Below are positions 37,501-46,815 of a DNA stretch of 64,000 nucleotides, piece after piece. The notes beneath the pieces are model-generated. The model was not told the DNA's origin. It worked only from the letters and a program-made list of their open reading frames with translations, and made no database searches. Origin of the DNA: Bacteroidota bacterium (GTDB lineage: Bacteria; Bacteroidota; Ignavibacteria; Ignavibacteriales; Ignavibacteriaceae); contig JAKAKL010000054.1 in assembly GCA_021824565.1 (NCBI GenBank), forward strand, positions 94,061 to 158,060. The letters run 5' to 3'. How positions within the stretch are numbered: position 1 is the first letter of the stretch; every line of letters starts with the position of its first letter. Position numbers and translations under genes: made by a program.

Positions 37501-40287
37501 TCTTTTGCTGATCCATCGTTATATGGAAATCTTACCTTGGGAAAAGATGTTAATGCACCAATAATATCTGTTTATCCTCAACAGATTTCTAAGACTGTTA
37601 GTTCGGATACTGTTGTTACTTCTTCATTCACCATAAAGAATCTTGGATTAAGCGCTTTAACATTTGATTTGCAGGATATGTTAGCCGTAGCTAAGAAAAT
37701 CAGCAATGAAAACGCAAAGTTAACAGTGAAAAGCGCTAAAGGCGATAACAAGAGCGACTTTGTAAGTTATTTGAAAAAGAATGCGGTTCTTAAGTCGCCG
37801 AATGTTTCCTGGCTTGAAGAAAATCCGTTGACCGGTTCAATAAATCCAGGCGACAGTGTTGTTGTTACGCTTACGATGAATTCTACAGGATTAGGCGTTG
37901 GAACTTATTCAGCATACGTAATAATTAATAGTAACGATCCTGTAATTCCGACAACTTATGTCTCCGTAAATTTAATTAGAGGCGCAATGAACGTAACTAC
38001 CGATGATAATGAAAATAATCAGCTAACTGGAACACCTGACTATGATATGGACGTATATTTATTTAATGATGATTCCAGGGCGCCAATTGAATTTAACATC
38101 TTCATAAATGAAACGAATATTCAAACGGCTCAGTTAAATATTCTTGCATGGGATGTTGACTGGTATTCACCAGGACTAAATGGTGAAAGAGATAAAGTGT
38201 TAGTCAACGGGCATGAAGTAGGTTACTTAACAGGAGCAAATGGTGAGTGGAGCACGTCTGTGTTCACTATTGATCCTTCATGGTTGAATCCGGGACCAAA
38301 CGGAAAAAACCTTGTACAAGTATTTATTGATGAATATAATGAAGGCTGGGCAGTTACAGTAGACTGGGGACAGCTTGTAATTAATGGAACCCAGGGGAAT
38401 GCATATTTAAGATATGTCAACCTTGATAAATCTACCTACCTTGCCGGTGAAACAGTTGCTGTTTCCGAAGAAGTTGATGCAACTCCAAGTATGAATGTAA
38501 AAGTTGAAACTGATGTTATCGACCAGAACATGCAAATACTCGCCGGAACAAACCGCACTTTTGAAGCTACTGCCGGCGATGAACCATTTATTGAATATCT
38601 ATCGCTGCCAAGTAATATTCCTAACGGCGATTATAAAGTAATGTCTATTGTGTATGATGCAAATACTTTAATTCAGCAGGATATGAAGTTAGTTGATTTC
38701 AAAGTATCAGATCAGCCTCTTCAAATCGGACAAACAATTTTCACCGGTTATGTTTCAATCGATAGAGATTACGCTCCGGCTGGCACCCGGATTTATACTT
38801 ATCTTAAAAAGAATAATTCTCTAATTGACATAGATACGGTAGTGCCTTTTAATCAAGGAAAGAATTACGCAATTTCAATTCTTGAAGGAAATGGCGGAGT
38901 GGCAGACGGCGACACGCTAATCTTCTATGTAATTGATAAGGATGGATACTGGGTGTCTTCAAGATATTGTGCTGCTTGCGGAGAACCTACGTTTACAGCA
39001 GCATTCCCGCCTGCAATCAAAGAATACAATATTAAGGCGGCTCATTACAGAAACCTATCTATTCCTCTTGTACAGGGTTATAACGCTGTTTCGTGGAATG
39101 TAAAACCAGCAGATGATTCTGTTAAATACGTATTTTATGAACTGATGATGAATAACAAAATTCAAATCGTTTTGGATTACGTGAACGACGGTTCAAGCAG
39201 ACCATTCTTTAATTATTACATCCCTGAACTCGGAAATTATAATCCTTTCCAGGTTACTGATTTTACGAAAGGATACTTTGTAAAACTCAGACCGACACAA
39301 TCAACCGAATTTTTAAATATTGGCGGCAGCCCGGTTTGCAATGAAACGCCAATCCCATTAAATATCGGTTACAATATGGTGAGCTATTTGCCTGAGCTAA
39401 CTTCAAATATACCTTTCGCTCTTCAATCGTTAGATCCTTCTAATATATACACTGTGCTAAATTATATCAATGATGGAAGCGGCACTCCTGGAAGTGAATA
39501 CTTTGAAGCTTATCCGCAGAGCAATACGTTCGATTTGAACGAATCGAAAGGATATTTTATTCGTCTTACTAAAAATCCTCAGACATTAATTTATCCTGAT
39601 ATGTTTGAAGTTACGACTTCTGCGCCAGTCTTAAATACAGGCAAAGATAAAATAAAATTAATGGTAAGCCAGACTCCTGAAATGCCTTTATCAATATTTG
39701 CTTACGGTACAAAGGTTACATATAATGGCAAACTTGTACCCGCGAAGTCAATATTAACCGCGGTTGATAAAAATGGTATTGTTTGCGGTGAAGGTAAATT
39801 TGCTGCCGATGGAGTCGTTTCATTGGCGATTAACGGAGATAATCCTCTAACACAGCTTGATGAAGGAGCTGACGTTGGAGAATATGTTTCATTGTATTTG
39901 AATAATCAACTGCTTCCGGCAAAAGTACAATGGAAAGAATTTGGCGATACTCCTTTACTAGAAAGACTTGACGCAGTAACCGGAGTAGAGTACGTTTCAG
40001 CAATACCTAAAACTTTTGCTTTGTATAATAATTATCCGAACCCGTTTAACCCTACGACGAATATCAAATATGATCTCGCTAAACGCGTGAATGTTTCTCT
40101 TGTAATTTATGATATAAACGGCAGGATAGTAAAAACGCTTGTTAACTCCGAGCAAAATGCCGGTTATTATAATATAACATGGAACGCTACAAACAACGGC
40201 GGCAAAACTGTAGCTACAGGAATTTATTTCTTAAAGTTAGTTGCCGGCGATTATGTAAAACTTCAGAAATTATTATTGTTAAAGTAA
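34546..40287 (+). CDS. Giant secreted M6 (immune-inhibitor-A-like) metallopeptidase with multiple beta-sandwich domains and a T9SS sorting domain
   Basis: Signal peptide, HEMGHAAFGLPDLYD zinc motif, and a C-terminal LYNNYPNPFNPTTNIKYD...GIYFLKL tail. ATG 34546 is preferred over the track TTG at 34522. Confidence 0.85.
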   Translation: MKNLLKLLSILFVLICVQVSAQMPPNPRLVEKIKKGEIAKPYFLQNINKVKQMKVEAPWTSKELKAMKTPLHKGFVRSFGPAKTPSGDYNALVILTQFSDKASQTAASSFDNLLFQSTNGTLRDYYEKVSYGTLHITTITVNLPSSMNWQTAPQPYSYYVNGMNGFGTYPQNAQKLVEDMVNLVDPLVDFSQYDNNGDGYVDALFIVHTGPGAEYTGSSNDIWSHSWSTYTPQYLDGVYISNYSMEPEYWLTPGDMTVGVYAHEMGHAAFGLPDLYDYDGSSEGLGMWSLMASGSWNGATYMGEMPTSPDAFCHVQMGFITPTVIADNTASVSISDAESNPAVFLLSKDGAPSSEYFLVENRQPISYDKYLPSDGINIFHVDESVMTGNDYEWYPGHTSSGHYLVAMEQADGLWQLERNASMGDNGDPYPGSTANTNFTPSTTPGSYDYQMNNTFCAVKNISSSSTTMTADFEVKNTNTLPEPTNLTAAPGNNSVHLSWEAPLPPGTSILGYDDGTAETMWYMTTQTGNELFAVAFTHNNQFTINNGLYYLQNPTSTDFSVSFYVVGDAGGYPDINNVLTEATKVIPANTTDWFNVDFPDVTLPANSVFYLLCKWENNNIYYVGGDDDSPHSMSWYTADHGMSWYNYTISDFMIRAVITSSTTSPFAVTQTLKPINGNVDPKQILLKEKVKTIQSALGTVNNNSKQSLAYKTFSNNVKLGVKAVKISNPAKVSLAPVFDHYNIYRSLSTGSYSTALGTSNVLTFDDNSAVNGTKYFYVVTAVYTSPSGESNYSNEVFVTPFDPAYKDIHSPYSTNIPVIDGVINSGEWDDAWVKDITLGGNPCQLYVKNSGTMLYLAVVDKNHTLYDVDQIGIYFDKDHNHMWDNFTPSGEGNFWVMWNGTYSQTDLEFRGIYGNPPNFENSILNPTGLAGVINSSATECVYETAIDLTTSKLTATPGSTIGVYIFSYDNYTGSMTGAFPEYLGSSFADPSLYGNLTLGKDVNAPIISVYPQQISKTVSSDTVVTSSFTIKNLGLSALTFDLQDMLAVAKKISNENAKLTVKSAKGDNKSDFVSYLKKNAVLKSPNVSWLEENPLTGSINPGDSVVVTLTMNSTGLGVGTYSAYVIINSNDPVIPTTYVSVNLIRGAMNVTTDDNENNQLTGTPDYDMDVYLFNDDSRAPIEFNIFINETNIQTAQLNILAWDVDWYSPGLNGERDKVLVNGHEVGYLTGANGEWSTSVFTIDPSWLNPGPNGKNLVQVFIDEYNEGWAVTVDWGQLVINGTQGNAYLRYVNLDKSTYLAGETVAVSEEVDATPSMNVKVETDVIDQNMQILAGTNRTFEATAGDEPFIEYLSLPSNIPNGDYKVMSIVYDANTLIQQDMKLVDFKVSDQPLQIGQTIFTGYVSIDRDYAPAGTRIYTYLKKNNSLIDIDTVVPFNQGKNYAISILEGNGGVADGDTLIFYVIDKDGYWVSSRYCAACGEPTFTAAFPPAIKEYNIKAAHYRNLSIPLVQGYNAVSWNVKPADDSVKYVFYELMMNNKIQIVLDYVNDGSSRPFFNYYIPELGNYNPFQVTDFTKGYFVKLRPTQSTEFLNIGGSPVCNETPIPLNIGYNMVSYLPELTSNIPFALQSLDPSNIYTVLNYINDGSGTPGSEYFEAYPQSNTFDLNESKGYFIRLTKNPQTLIYPDMFEVTTSAPVLNTGKDKIKLMVSQTPEMPLSIFAYGTKVTYNGKLVPAKSILTAVDKNGIVCGEGKFAADGVVSLAINGDNPLTQLDEGADVGEYVSLYLNNQLLPAKVQWKEFGDTPLLERLDAVTGVEYVSAIPKTFALYNNYPNPFNPTTNIKYDLAKRVNVSLVIYDINGRIVKTLVNSEQNAGYYNITWNATNNGGKTVATGIYFLKLVAGDYVKLQKLLLLK

Positions 40288-40308
40288 TCAGCTCTTGTTT
40301 CTTAAAAT

Positions 40309-40332
40309 GCTGGAAGGTGTATGCCTTCCAGC
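40309..40332 (+). terminator. Intergenic hairpin (possible attenuator) between the two T9SS cargo genes
   Basis: GCTGGAAGG-tgtatg-CCTTCCAGC with no clear T-run after it. Confidence 0.35.
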
Positions 40333-40361
40333 AAATTATTTAACTAAGAAATGAGGTTCTT

Positions 40362-42794
40362 ATGATTGACAAAAAATACTTTAAAATAATAATGACTAAA
40401 TATACAGGCAGGTTCTTAAGCCTAGCATTAATCTTTATAATGAACATTGCAGCGGAGGCTCAAGTATCTCAATGTATATTTAACGGAACTGTACAGTTCA
40501 ATGGAACAGCGCCGCCTTCAGGTGCGCAAGTTCAACTGCTTAATAAAAATAAAAATTTTATTAGGACAGCAAATTATCAGCCAAGCAACGGCGTCTATGG
40601 AGTAAGCGCTTTCAGCAGCGACGGGCTGACAAACGGAGATTCGGTATTTTTCTTATTAATAAACGGAACGGATACAGTAATTGCGCAAACATTCGGTGAT
40701 CCTCCTGTCTTTAAAGGCAACGTATTGCCAAACCCGCCGAATATTGTAAACGTTACGCTGTTTTATTTAGCTCCGCCTTTGCTTAATATGCCTGCGAATA
40801 ATTCTACAGATCAGCCTCTTGAACTGACTTTTAGCTGGAACAATGTCATCGGCTCAACCGGATACATTTTTCAAATATCAAAGGACCGAAATTTCAGTTC
40901 ACTTACGGCTTATGATTCCGTCTTGAGCAAATCTTCTGTAGATATTAAAGGATTGGAGTGCGTTACTAAATATTATTGGAGAGTTAAGGCGAAAAATTAC
41001 TCCGGGCAAAGCGATTGGAGCAGTGTCTGGTCGTTTACTACGATGCTTCTTCCGCCTGAACAAGTTGTTCAATTTTATCCTAAGGATAAATCATCAGATA
41101 TTCCTCTTCAAATAAATTTTTCCTGGTCGAAAGCATTAAGGGCTGACGTTTATTATCTTCAGATTTCAGTTGACTCGACATTTGCGAGAACTTTTTATAT
41201 CGATTCTACTCTGACTGATACCATGAAAGCTGTTAATAATTTTCAAGACTGGACAAAGTATTTCTGGAGAGTTAAAGCGAAGAACAGTGCAGGAAGCGGT
41301 TTATGGAGCAATACATGGTCGTTTACTACATTACTTCTGCCGCCCGAAAAAGTATCTTTGTATTTTCCTAAAGATAAATCTGTCGATAATCCTCTTCAAA
41401 TTAATTTAACATGGCAAAAAGCTTTAAGAGCTAATGTCTATTCTCTCCAGGTTTCTACCGACTCTACTTTCAACACAATATTCTTTGCAGACTCTTCTCT
41501 ATCGGATACTTTGAAAACAATTAATACATTGAAAGACTGGACAAAGTATTTCTGGAGAGTTAAAGCAAAGAATAATGCCGGCAGCGGCTTGTGGAGCGAT
41601 ATCTGGTCGTTTGCTACGTTAAGGCTCTTGCCTAATCAGCCGGTATTAGCTTTTCCTTTAGATAGTTCTTCCGGTAATAATACAAGCATAAACTTCAAAT
41701 GGATGAAAACGGACAGGGCAGACTCATACAAGCTTGATGTTGCAAGCGATCCTTTATTCAAACAAATATTTTTTTCCGATTCAACAATAACGGATACAAC
41801 TAAACTTGTTACCGGGTTGAATGAAAGCGCACAATATTTCTGGAGAGTTCTAGCGAGCAATACAGCAGGTAAAAGCAATTGGTCTGAAGTCTGGTTCTTT
41901 ACGACATTAACAACGCTTCCGGGTACGCCGGTATTAAGTTATCCTCCCGATAAATCAAAAAAGAATCCGCTTTCTGCTAAGTTTACATGGCGGAAAGTCG
42001 ATAAGGCAAATGCTTACCATATAGAAATCTCGACTGATTCTCTTTTCGATAAAATGATTTACACAGACACTACAATAACCGATACATCGACGACAGTAAA
42101 ATTGTCTGAAGACGGTTCAAATCATTTCTGGAGAATTAAAGCGAGGAACCAGGGCGGAAAAGGTCCTTATTCGGACGTATGGAAGTTCAGTACGATCTTG
42201 CCGTGCCCTGATAGTTTGAAAGGAGTTCCATCGTATCCTCACAAAGTTAGATTGAACTGGCTGGATAGATCTAAGAATGAAAACGGCTTTATCATTGAGA
42301 AAAAAATAGGCGGACCAACAAGTCCGAATCAATTTAAAATAATTGCGACTGTAAATACAAACATAAATACTTTTGTTGATTCTCTTGAATTGAAAGATAC
42401 TACAAACTATACATACCAGGTTAAAGCGTATAATACAATTGATACTTCGGAGTACAGCAATTACGTTGTAATAACTACGCTCGTTAACGTAGATGAAGCG
42501 CCAATAATTCCGAAGAACCTGATATTATATCAGAATTATCCTAATCCTTTTAATCCGAGCACAGTAATAAAATACGATATACCTGATGAAAGCCGGGTTA
42601 ATTTTACTATTTACAATATACTCGGTGAAAAGGTAGAAGTGCTTGTAAATAAGATTCAGTCTAACGGCACGTATAAATTGATCTGGCAGGCAAAAAACCT
42701 TTCGACCGGAGTTTATCTTGGGAGGCTGAATGTTTTATCATTAACGAGCAGGCGAGAAAGCAATATGTACATCAAAATGTTTTTGATAAAATAA
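40362..42794 (+). CDS. Secreted protein with ~5 tandem ~97-aa Fn3-like repeats, one canonical Fn3 domain and a T9SS sorting domain
   Basis: Recurrent P.DKS...PL...F.W.KA.RA..Y.LQ.S.DS.F...DS.L.DT.K......W.KYFWRVKAKN.AGSGLWS..WSFTT, and a C-terminal LYQNYPNPFNPSTVIKYD. Confidence 0.8.
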   Translation: MIDKKYFKIIMTKYTGRFLSLALIFIMNIAAEAQVSQCIFNGTVQFNGTAPPSGAQVQLLNKNKNFIRTANYQPSNGVYGVSAFSSDGLTNGDSVFFLLINGTDTVIAQTFGDPPVFKGNVLPNPPNIVNVTLFYLAPPLLNMPANNSTDQPLELTFSWNNVIGSTGYIFQISKDRNFSSLTAYDSVLSKSSVDIKGLECVTKYYWRVKAKNYSGQSDWSSVWSFTTMLLPPEQVVQFYPKDKSSDIPLQINFSWSKALRADVYYLQISVDSTFARTFYIDSTLTDTMKAVNNFQDWTKYFWRVKAKNSAGSGLWSNTWSFTTLLLPPEKVSLYFPKDKSVDNPLQINLTWQKALRANVYSLQVSTDSTFNTIFFADSSLSDTLKTINTLKDWTKYFWRVKAKNNAGSGLWSDIWSFATLRLLPNQPVLAFPLDSSSGNNTSINFKWMKTDRADSYKLDVASDPLFKQIFFSDSTITDTTKLVTGLNESAQYFWRVLASNTAGKSNWSEVWFFTTLTTLPGTPVLSYPPDKSKKNPLSAKFTWRKVDKANAYHIEISTDSLFDKMIYTDTTITDTSTTVKLSEDGSNHFWRIKARNQGGKGPYSDVWKFSTILPCPDSLKGVPSYPHKVRLNWLDRSKNENGFIIEKKIGGPTSPNQFKIIATVNTNINTFVDSLELKDTTNYTYQVKAYNTIDTSEYSNYVVITTLVNVDEAPIIPKNLILYQNYPNPFNPSTVIKYDIPDESRVNFTIYNILGEKVEVLVNKIQSNGTYKLIWQAKNLSTGVYLGRLNVLSLTSRRESNMYIKMFLIK

Positions 42795-42821
42795 TTTTTT
42801 TCATCGCATCATTGTATTCAA

Positions 42822-42852
42822 AGAGCCGCGCTTTATGCGGCTCTTTTTTTTG
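42822..42852 (+). terminator. Rho-independent terminator
   Basis: AGAGCCGC-gctttat-GCGGCTCT followed by T8. Confidence 0.8.
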
Positions 42853-42911
42853 TTATTAACTTAATCTCCTTTTTCAGCGCGATTCATTTGGATGCAAAAT
42901 GAAATTTCACT

Positions 42912-43379
42912 TCAGCCGTTTCCAATTAATTTCTTGTAACGCTTCAGCATTTCTTTCGGAGTTACATCTTCAATATGTGTAGAAATAATCCAAACGTGCC
43001 CGAACGGGTCTTCGATCCTCCCGCTTCTATCGCCGTAGAATTGATCTCTTGGAGGGATCAGCAATTTGGCTCCGCTGCTTAACGCTTTCTTAATTATTTT
43101 ATCAACGTTTTCGATATACAGACTTATTATCAAAGTAGTTGCTCCGAGGGATTTTGGAGTGTGGTTGTATTGAGGATTTTCATCAGCAATCATTAAAACA
43201 GAGTCGCCGATCTTTATTTCAGCATGCGCTACTCTTCCGCCGGACTCTTTTAATAGATTCATTACTTTCGCGCCGAAAATTTTTTTGTAGAATTGTATCG
43301 CTTTCATCGTATCTTCTACGGCTATCATTGCTGTAATTGAATGGTAGCCTTTGGCAACGGGCTTGACTTTTTTAGACAT
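42912..43379 (-). CDS. VOC/glyoxalase-family protein (PhnB-like)
   Basis: 155 aa with AIQFYKKIFGA...HAEIKIGDSVLMIAD...DPFGHVWII. Confidence 0.7.
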   Translation of the reverse strand: MSKKVKPVAKGYHSITAMIAVEDTMKAIQFYKKIFGAKVMNLLKESGGRVAHAEIKIGDSVLMIADENPQYNHTPKSLGATTLIISLYIENVDKIIKKALSSGAKLLIPPRDQFYGDRSGRIEDPFGHVWIISTHIEDVTPKEMLKRYKKLIGNG

Positions 43380-43512
43380 AAATCTTTCCTTCCAAATAAT
43401 TGTTTATGAATTTTGTTTTCCGCGGACAAATATTTCATACACAGGTAAGAGCGAGCAAAAGGAATTAATCAGCTGAAAAATATAAGCAGCTTAGCTGCAG
43501 TGAAAACTTATT

Positions 43513-43941
43513 TTAATGTTCTAATAATTCTTTCAACTTTGGCAGAACAGTATTCCAAAACTTATTTGAGTCTTCAAATTTTTTTGCATCGCCCGAACAG
43601 TCATCAGTTACCTTAAGAACCGTATATTCATTTTTGCTTTCAAGCCTGTAAGTAATAAGAGCGTGCCTGGATTCGTCTTCAGATGGATCAATTTCGGGAT
43701 TATAATCCGTAAACTTTAAGAACTTGCCGTGCTCGACTTCAATAACCTTCCCTTTTCTTATCACCGTCTTCCCTTCAAAATTATTTTCCCACAAGATCGA
43801 GCTTCCCGCGCTCCAATAGCTTTTAACGCTGTAGCCGAACATATATTTTTTAGTCAACGAAGCTTGAGTAAGCGCCTCCCAAACTTTCATAGCCGGCGCG
43901 AGTATTTCTATCGTTTTCTTAACTACATACTTGTCATCCAT
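43513..43941 (-). CDS. SRPBCC/AHSA1-domain protein
   Basis: 142 aa with VWEALTQASLTKKYMFG...LKFTDYNP, typical of the Aha1/START-like family. Confidence 0.6.
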   Translation of the reverse strand: MDDKYVVKKTIEILAPAMKVWEALTQASLTKKYMFGYSVKSYWSAGSSILWENNFEGKTVIRKGKVIEVEHGKFLKFTDYNPEIDPSEDESRHALITYRLESKNEYTVLKVTDDCSGDAKKFEDSNKFWNTVLPKLKELLEH

Positions 43942-43995
43942 AATTTATTACCTCGTATTTTTTTTAGTTGAAAGAACTACCATCAAAATTTATAA

Positions 43996-44412
43996 TCAAC
44001 TTAATAAATCCGAATTAATGCTTTCAGCAACCATCGCTGGCTTGATATCTATCAGCAAAGTATTGTTGAGACAATCAAGACCGCGCACTACAATTGCTCC
44101 GTCTTCAACTTTTTCTATTTTAGTAACCGACGCGCCAATAGGGTTTGGGCGGTGCGGAGTTCTAAGCGCAAATACGCCAGCGTATTCGCCGGTCCTGCGA
44201 GAGTTCTGCCGCAGGTTGTCTCTGTTTACCTTCTCAAACCAGTATAGAATTAATATTTCCTGCCCTTCGCTTAAGCCGAGCATTCCATCAAGATATTCTT
44301 TACTTAAAATCAAGCGGCATTCGGGTCCATCGTGCTGCACGTTGCGCGGACATTCGTCGATAGTATTATAAGGAGTTTCTATGCGACCAATAAATTTTAA
44401 TTCAGCTTCCAT
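43996..44412 (-). CDS. trmO: TsaA/TrmO-type tRNA methyltransferase domain protein
   Basis: FIGRIETPY...CPRNVQ, ILILYWF, GVFALRTPHRPNPIG, GLDCLNNTLLIDIKP. Confidence 0.75.
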   Translation of the reverse strand: MEAELKFIGRIETPYNTIDECPRNVQHDGPECRLILSKEYLDGMLGLSEGQEILILYWFEKVNRDNLRQNSRRTGEYAGVFALRTPHRPNPIGASVTKIEKVEDGAIVVRGLDCLNNTLLIDIKPAMVAESINSDLLS

Positions 44413-44793
44413 TTTTTATTCTCGTCAAATTATTATTTGCAATATTATTAAAGAAAAATCTCAAAGCAAACTATACCGGCGTACACCATACCAATTTTTT
44501 TTTGTTTCATAAATAATTTTATTGAAGCCGGCAATCATAAATAAATTAATGCATAAAATTGAGCTGATGAAAACCCAGATTGTTCATGGTAAGTATAGAA
44601 CCTCCGCCGAATATTTTTATGAAAATGACCGGGTTAAATCTAATTTCTAAAGAGCGAAATAAATTTATTCTTATCAAGAAATTAAAAATCTGCAGCGGAA
44701 AAATATTTTTGAACTTCGGAAAGTAGTTAAGCTTATTGCGAAAATAATTTCTTTGAAGCAGAAGTTTGCTGCAATCTTTGAGGATTTTATTTA

Positions 44794-45339
44794 CAGGAAG
44801 AGGAGGCCTGTTCCCTATTTGTGAAGGTCTGCTAATGTGTGACAGATGTTTCTTCCTAGTACGCGAAGGTCTGTTCCCAGTGTGCAGAAGTCTCCTCCCA
44901 GTACGCGAAAGTCTGTTCCCAGTGTGCAGAAGTCTCCTCCCAGTACGCGAAAGTCTGTTCCCAGTGTGCAGAAGTCTCCTCCCAGTACGCGAAAGTCTGT
45001 TCCCAGTGTGCAGAAGTCTCCTCCCAGTAAGCGAAAGTCTGTTCCCAGTGCGTGGAAGTCTCCTCCCAGTAAGCGAAGGTCTGCTAATGTGTGACAGATG
45101 TTTCTTCCCAGGGCGCGAAAGTCTGTTCCCAGTAAGCAGAAATCTCCTCCCAGTAGACGAAAGTCTGTTCCCAGTGTGCAGAAGTCTCCTCCCAGTACGC
45201 GAAAGTCTGCTAATGTGTGACAGATGTTTCTTCCCAGTACGCAAAAGTGTGTTCCCAGTAAGCAGAAATCTCCTCCAAGTATGCAAAAGTATGCTTATAG
45301 GAAGGAGAAATTTGTTCCAAGTAAAGGGAAAGACATTCT
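44794..45339. repeat. 26 tandem 21-bp units in perfect phase, comparatively GC-rich, with three unit types
   Basis: A = CAGTACGCGAAAGTCTGTTCC alternates with B = CAGTGTGCAGAAGTCTCCTCC. A 42-bp variant C (..GAAGGTCTGCTAA TGTGTGACAGATGTTTCTTCC) starts at 44815, 45067 and 45193. Units start every 21 bp from 44794 with no indel. Confidence 0.9.
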
Positions 45340-45461
45340 GAGGCAGGAATTAGTTGCTAAAAGTAAACAGAGGATCGGCAGCTTTCGAGGTTACAAAATT
45401 AGAATTGAAATATTTAAATGATATCAGATTTATATTAGCAATCTCGAAGTTTATCAAAGGT

Positions 45462-46814
45462 TTAATAAGCAGGCAGGTATTTGTTTAATTCCCAGGGCGA
45501 AACTTCGAGGCGGTAATCTTCCCATTCAAGACGCTTGGCATTAATGAATCTGTCAAAAACATGAGTGCCGAGCGCTTCGCGGACAACGGAATCCTTCTCA
45601 AGTTCATTTAACGCCTCTTCTAAAGTACCGGGCAGAACGTTCAGTTTAGCTCCTTTTGAATTGTTCTGAATGAGATAAACGTTTTCTTCATTAGCTTCTG
45701 CTAGAGGAAGCTCCCGCCTAATACCATCTAAACCTGCAGCAAGCATTACTGCAAAAGCGAGATAGGGATTGCAGCTCGGATCAGGGCATCGCAGTTCAAT
45801 CCTTGTAGATTCATGTGTGTGCGCTCGTGGAATTCTAATTAATGCAGAGCGGTTGATCCTTCCCCAGCTAATGTTTACAGGGGCTTCGTAGCCTTGCACC
45901 AATCTTTTATATGAATTAACAAGAGGCGCAAGCACTGCACACATACCTCTTGCATGTGCAAGCTGACCAGCAATAAAATGCTTTGCAATCTTAGAAAGAC
46001 CATGAGGATCGCCCGGATCTGAAAATGCGTTTGTGCCGTTGGCTTTAAAAGATAAGCTTTGATGAACGTGCATTCCGTTGCCGTTTAAGCCGCGAATAGG
46101 CTTGGGCATGAACGTAGCATAAAGTCCTTTTTGCTCTGCCAAGATCTTAACGAGTACTCGGAAAGTAATAGAATTGTCGGCAGTCTTTAAAGCATTTGAA
46201 TAGCGGAAATCAATTTCATGCTGACCGGTTGCAACTTCATGATGCATAGTTTCCGTCTCAATTCCAAAGGCGGCAAGAGCGTCTGTCATCTGGCGCCATA
46301 AGCTTGTAGCGATCATATCAACAGGCTGATCGAAATAACTTGCGCTGTCCTGCGGACGAGGCGGAATCAAGTTTCCGTCTGCATCCGGTTTAAGTAGAAA
46401 AAATTCTAACTCAGGTCCGGTGTTGTATATAAAACCCATATTTTCAGCGTCATTAATTACGCGCGCAAGAACAGTACGCGGGTCACCTAAAAAAGGCTGA
46501 CCATCGGGAGTATAAACGTTGCAAATCAATCTTCCAGTCTTTTCTTTTCCGCTTAACCAGGGCAAAACAGCAAAGGTAGTAATATCGGGGACTAAGTACA
46601 TATCGCTTTCAGCAATGCGTGCGAAGCCTTCAATCGAAGAGCCGTCAAACCATATCCCGTGATTAAGAGTAGATTCAAGCTCGCGCGTAGGAATTGTTAC
46701 ATTCTTTCTTGCACCAACAACATCTGTAAACTGCAGGTCAATAAAGTTGATCTCTTCTTTTTTTACAATTGCTAATAATTCTGCCGATGTTAAATCTTTT
46801 TTATATGGCGACAT
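45462..46814 (-). CDS. glnA: Glutamine synthetase, type I-alpha-like
   Basis: FIDLQFTDVVG, DGSSIEGF, GPELEFFL, HHEVATGQHEIDF, NGNGMHVHQS, NSYKRLV, RIELRCPD. The C-terminal region resembles the Bacillus type, not the adenylylated type. Confidence 0.9.
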   Translation of the reverse strand: MSPYKKDLTSAELLAIVKKEEINFIDLQFTDVVGARKNVTIPTRELESTLNHGIWFDGSSIEGFARIAESDMYLVPDITTFAVLPWLSGKEKTGRLICNVYTPDGQPFLGDPRTVLARVINDAENMGFIYNTGPELEFFLLKPDADGNLIPPRPQDSASYFDQPVDMIATSLWRQMTDALAAFGIETETMHHEVATGQHEIDFRYSNALKTADNSITFRVLVKILAEQKGLYATFMPKPIRGLNGNGMHVHQSLSFKANGTNAFSDPGDPHGLSKIAKHFIAGQLAHARGMCAVLAPLVNSYKRLVQGYEAPVNISWGRINRSALIRIPRAHTHESTRIELRCPDPSCNPYLAFAVMLAAGLDGIRRELPLAEANEENVYLIQNNSKGAKLNVLPGTLEEALNELEKDSVVREALGTHVFDRFINAKRLEWEDYRLEVSPWELNKYLPAY

Positions 46815-46815
46815 A

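Noticed and set aside
43931-44371. 146-aa plus-strand ORF
   Set aside because: It is antisense to trmO/tsaA, which has strong family motifs, and its own sequence has no recognisable features.
44546-45341. Track ORFs 44546-45286(-), 44766-45341(+), 44846-45094(+) and 45224-45421(+) as real protein genes, or the array as a CRISPR
   Set aside because: All lie inside the 21-bp repeat array, where stops are absent simply because the unit lacks them. Where I checked, the track starts are TTG rather than ATG with an SD. The minus ORF ends in F/N/I/L-rich AT-rich junk. It is not a CRISPR because the units are contiguous with no unique spacers. Coding is not fully excluded (see the finding).
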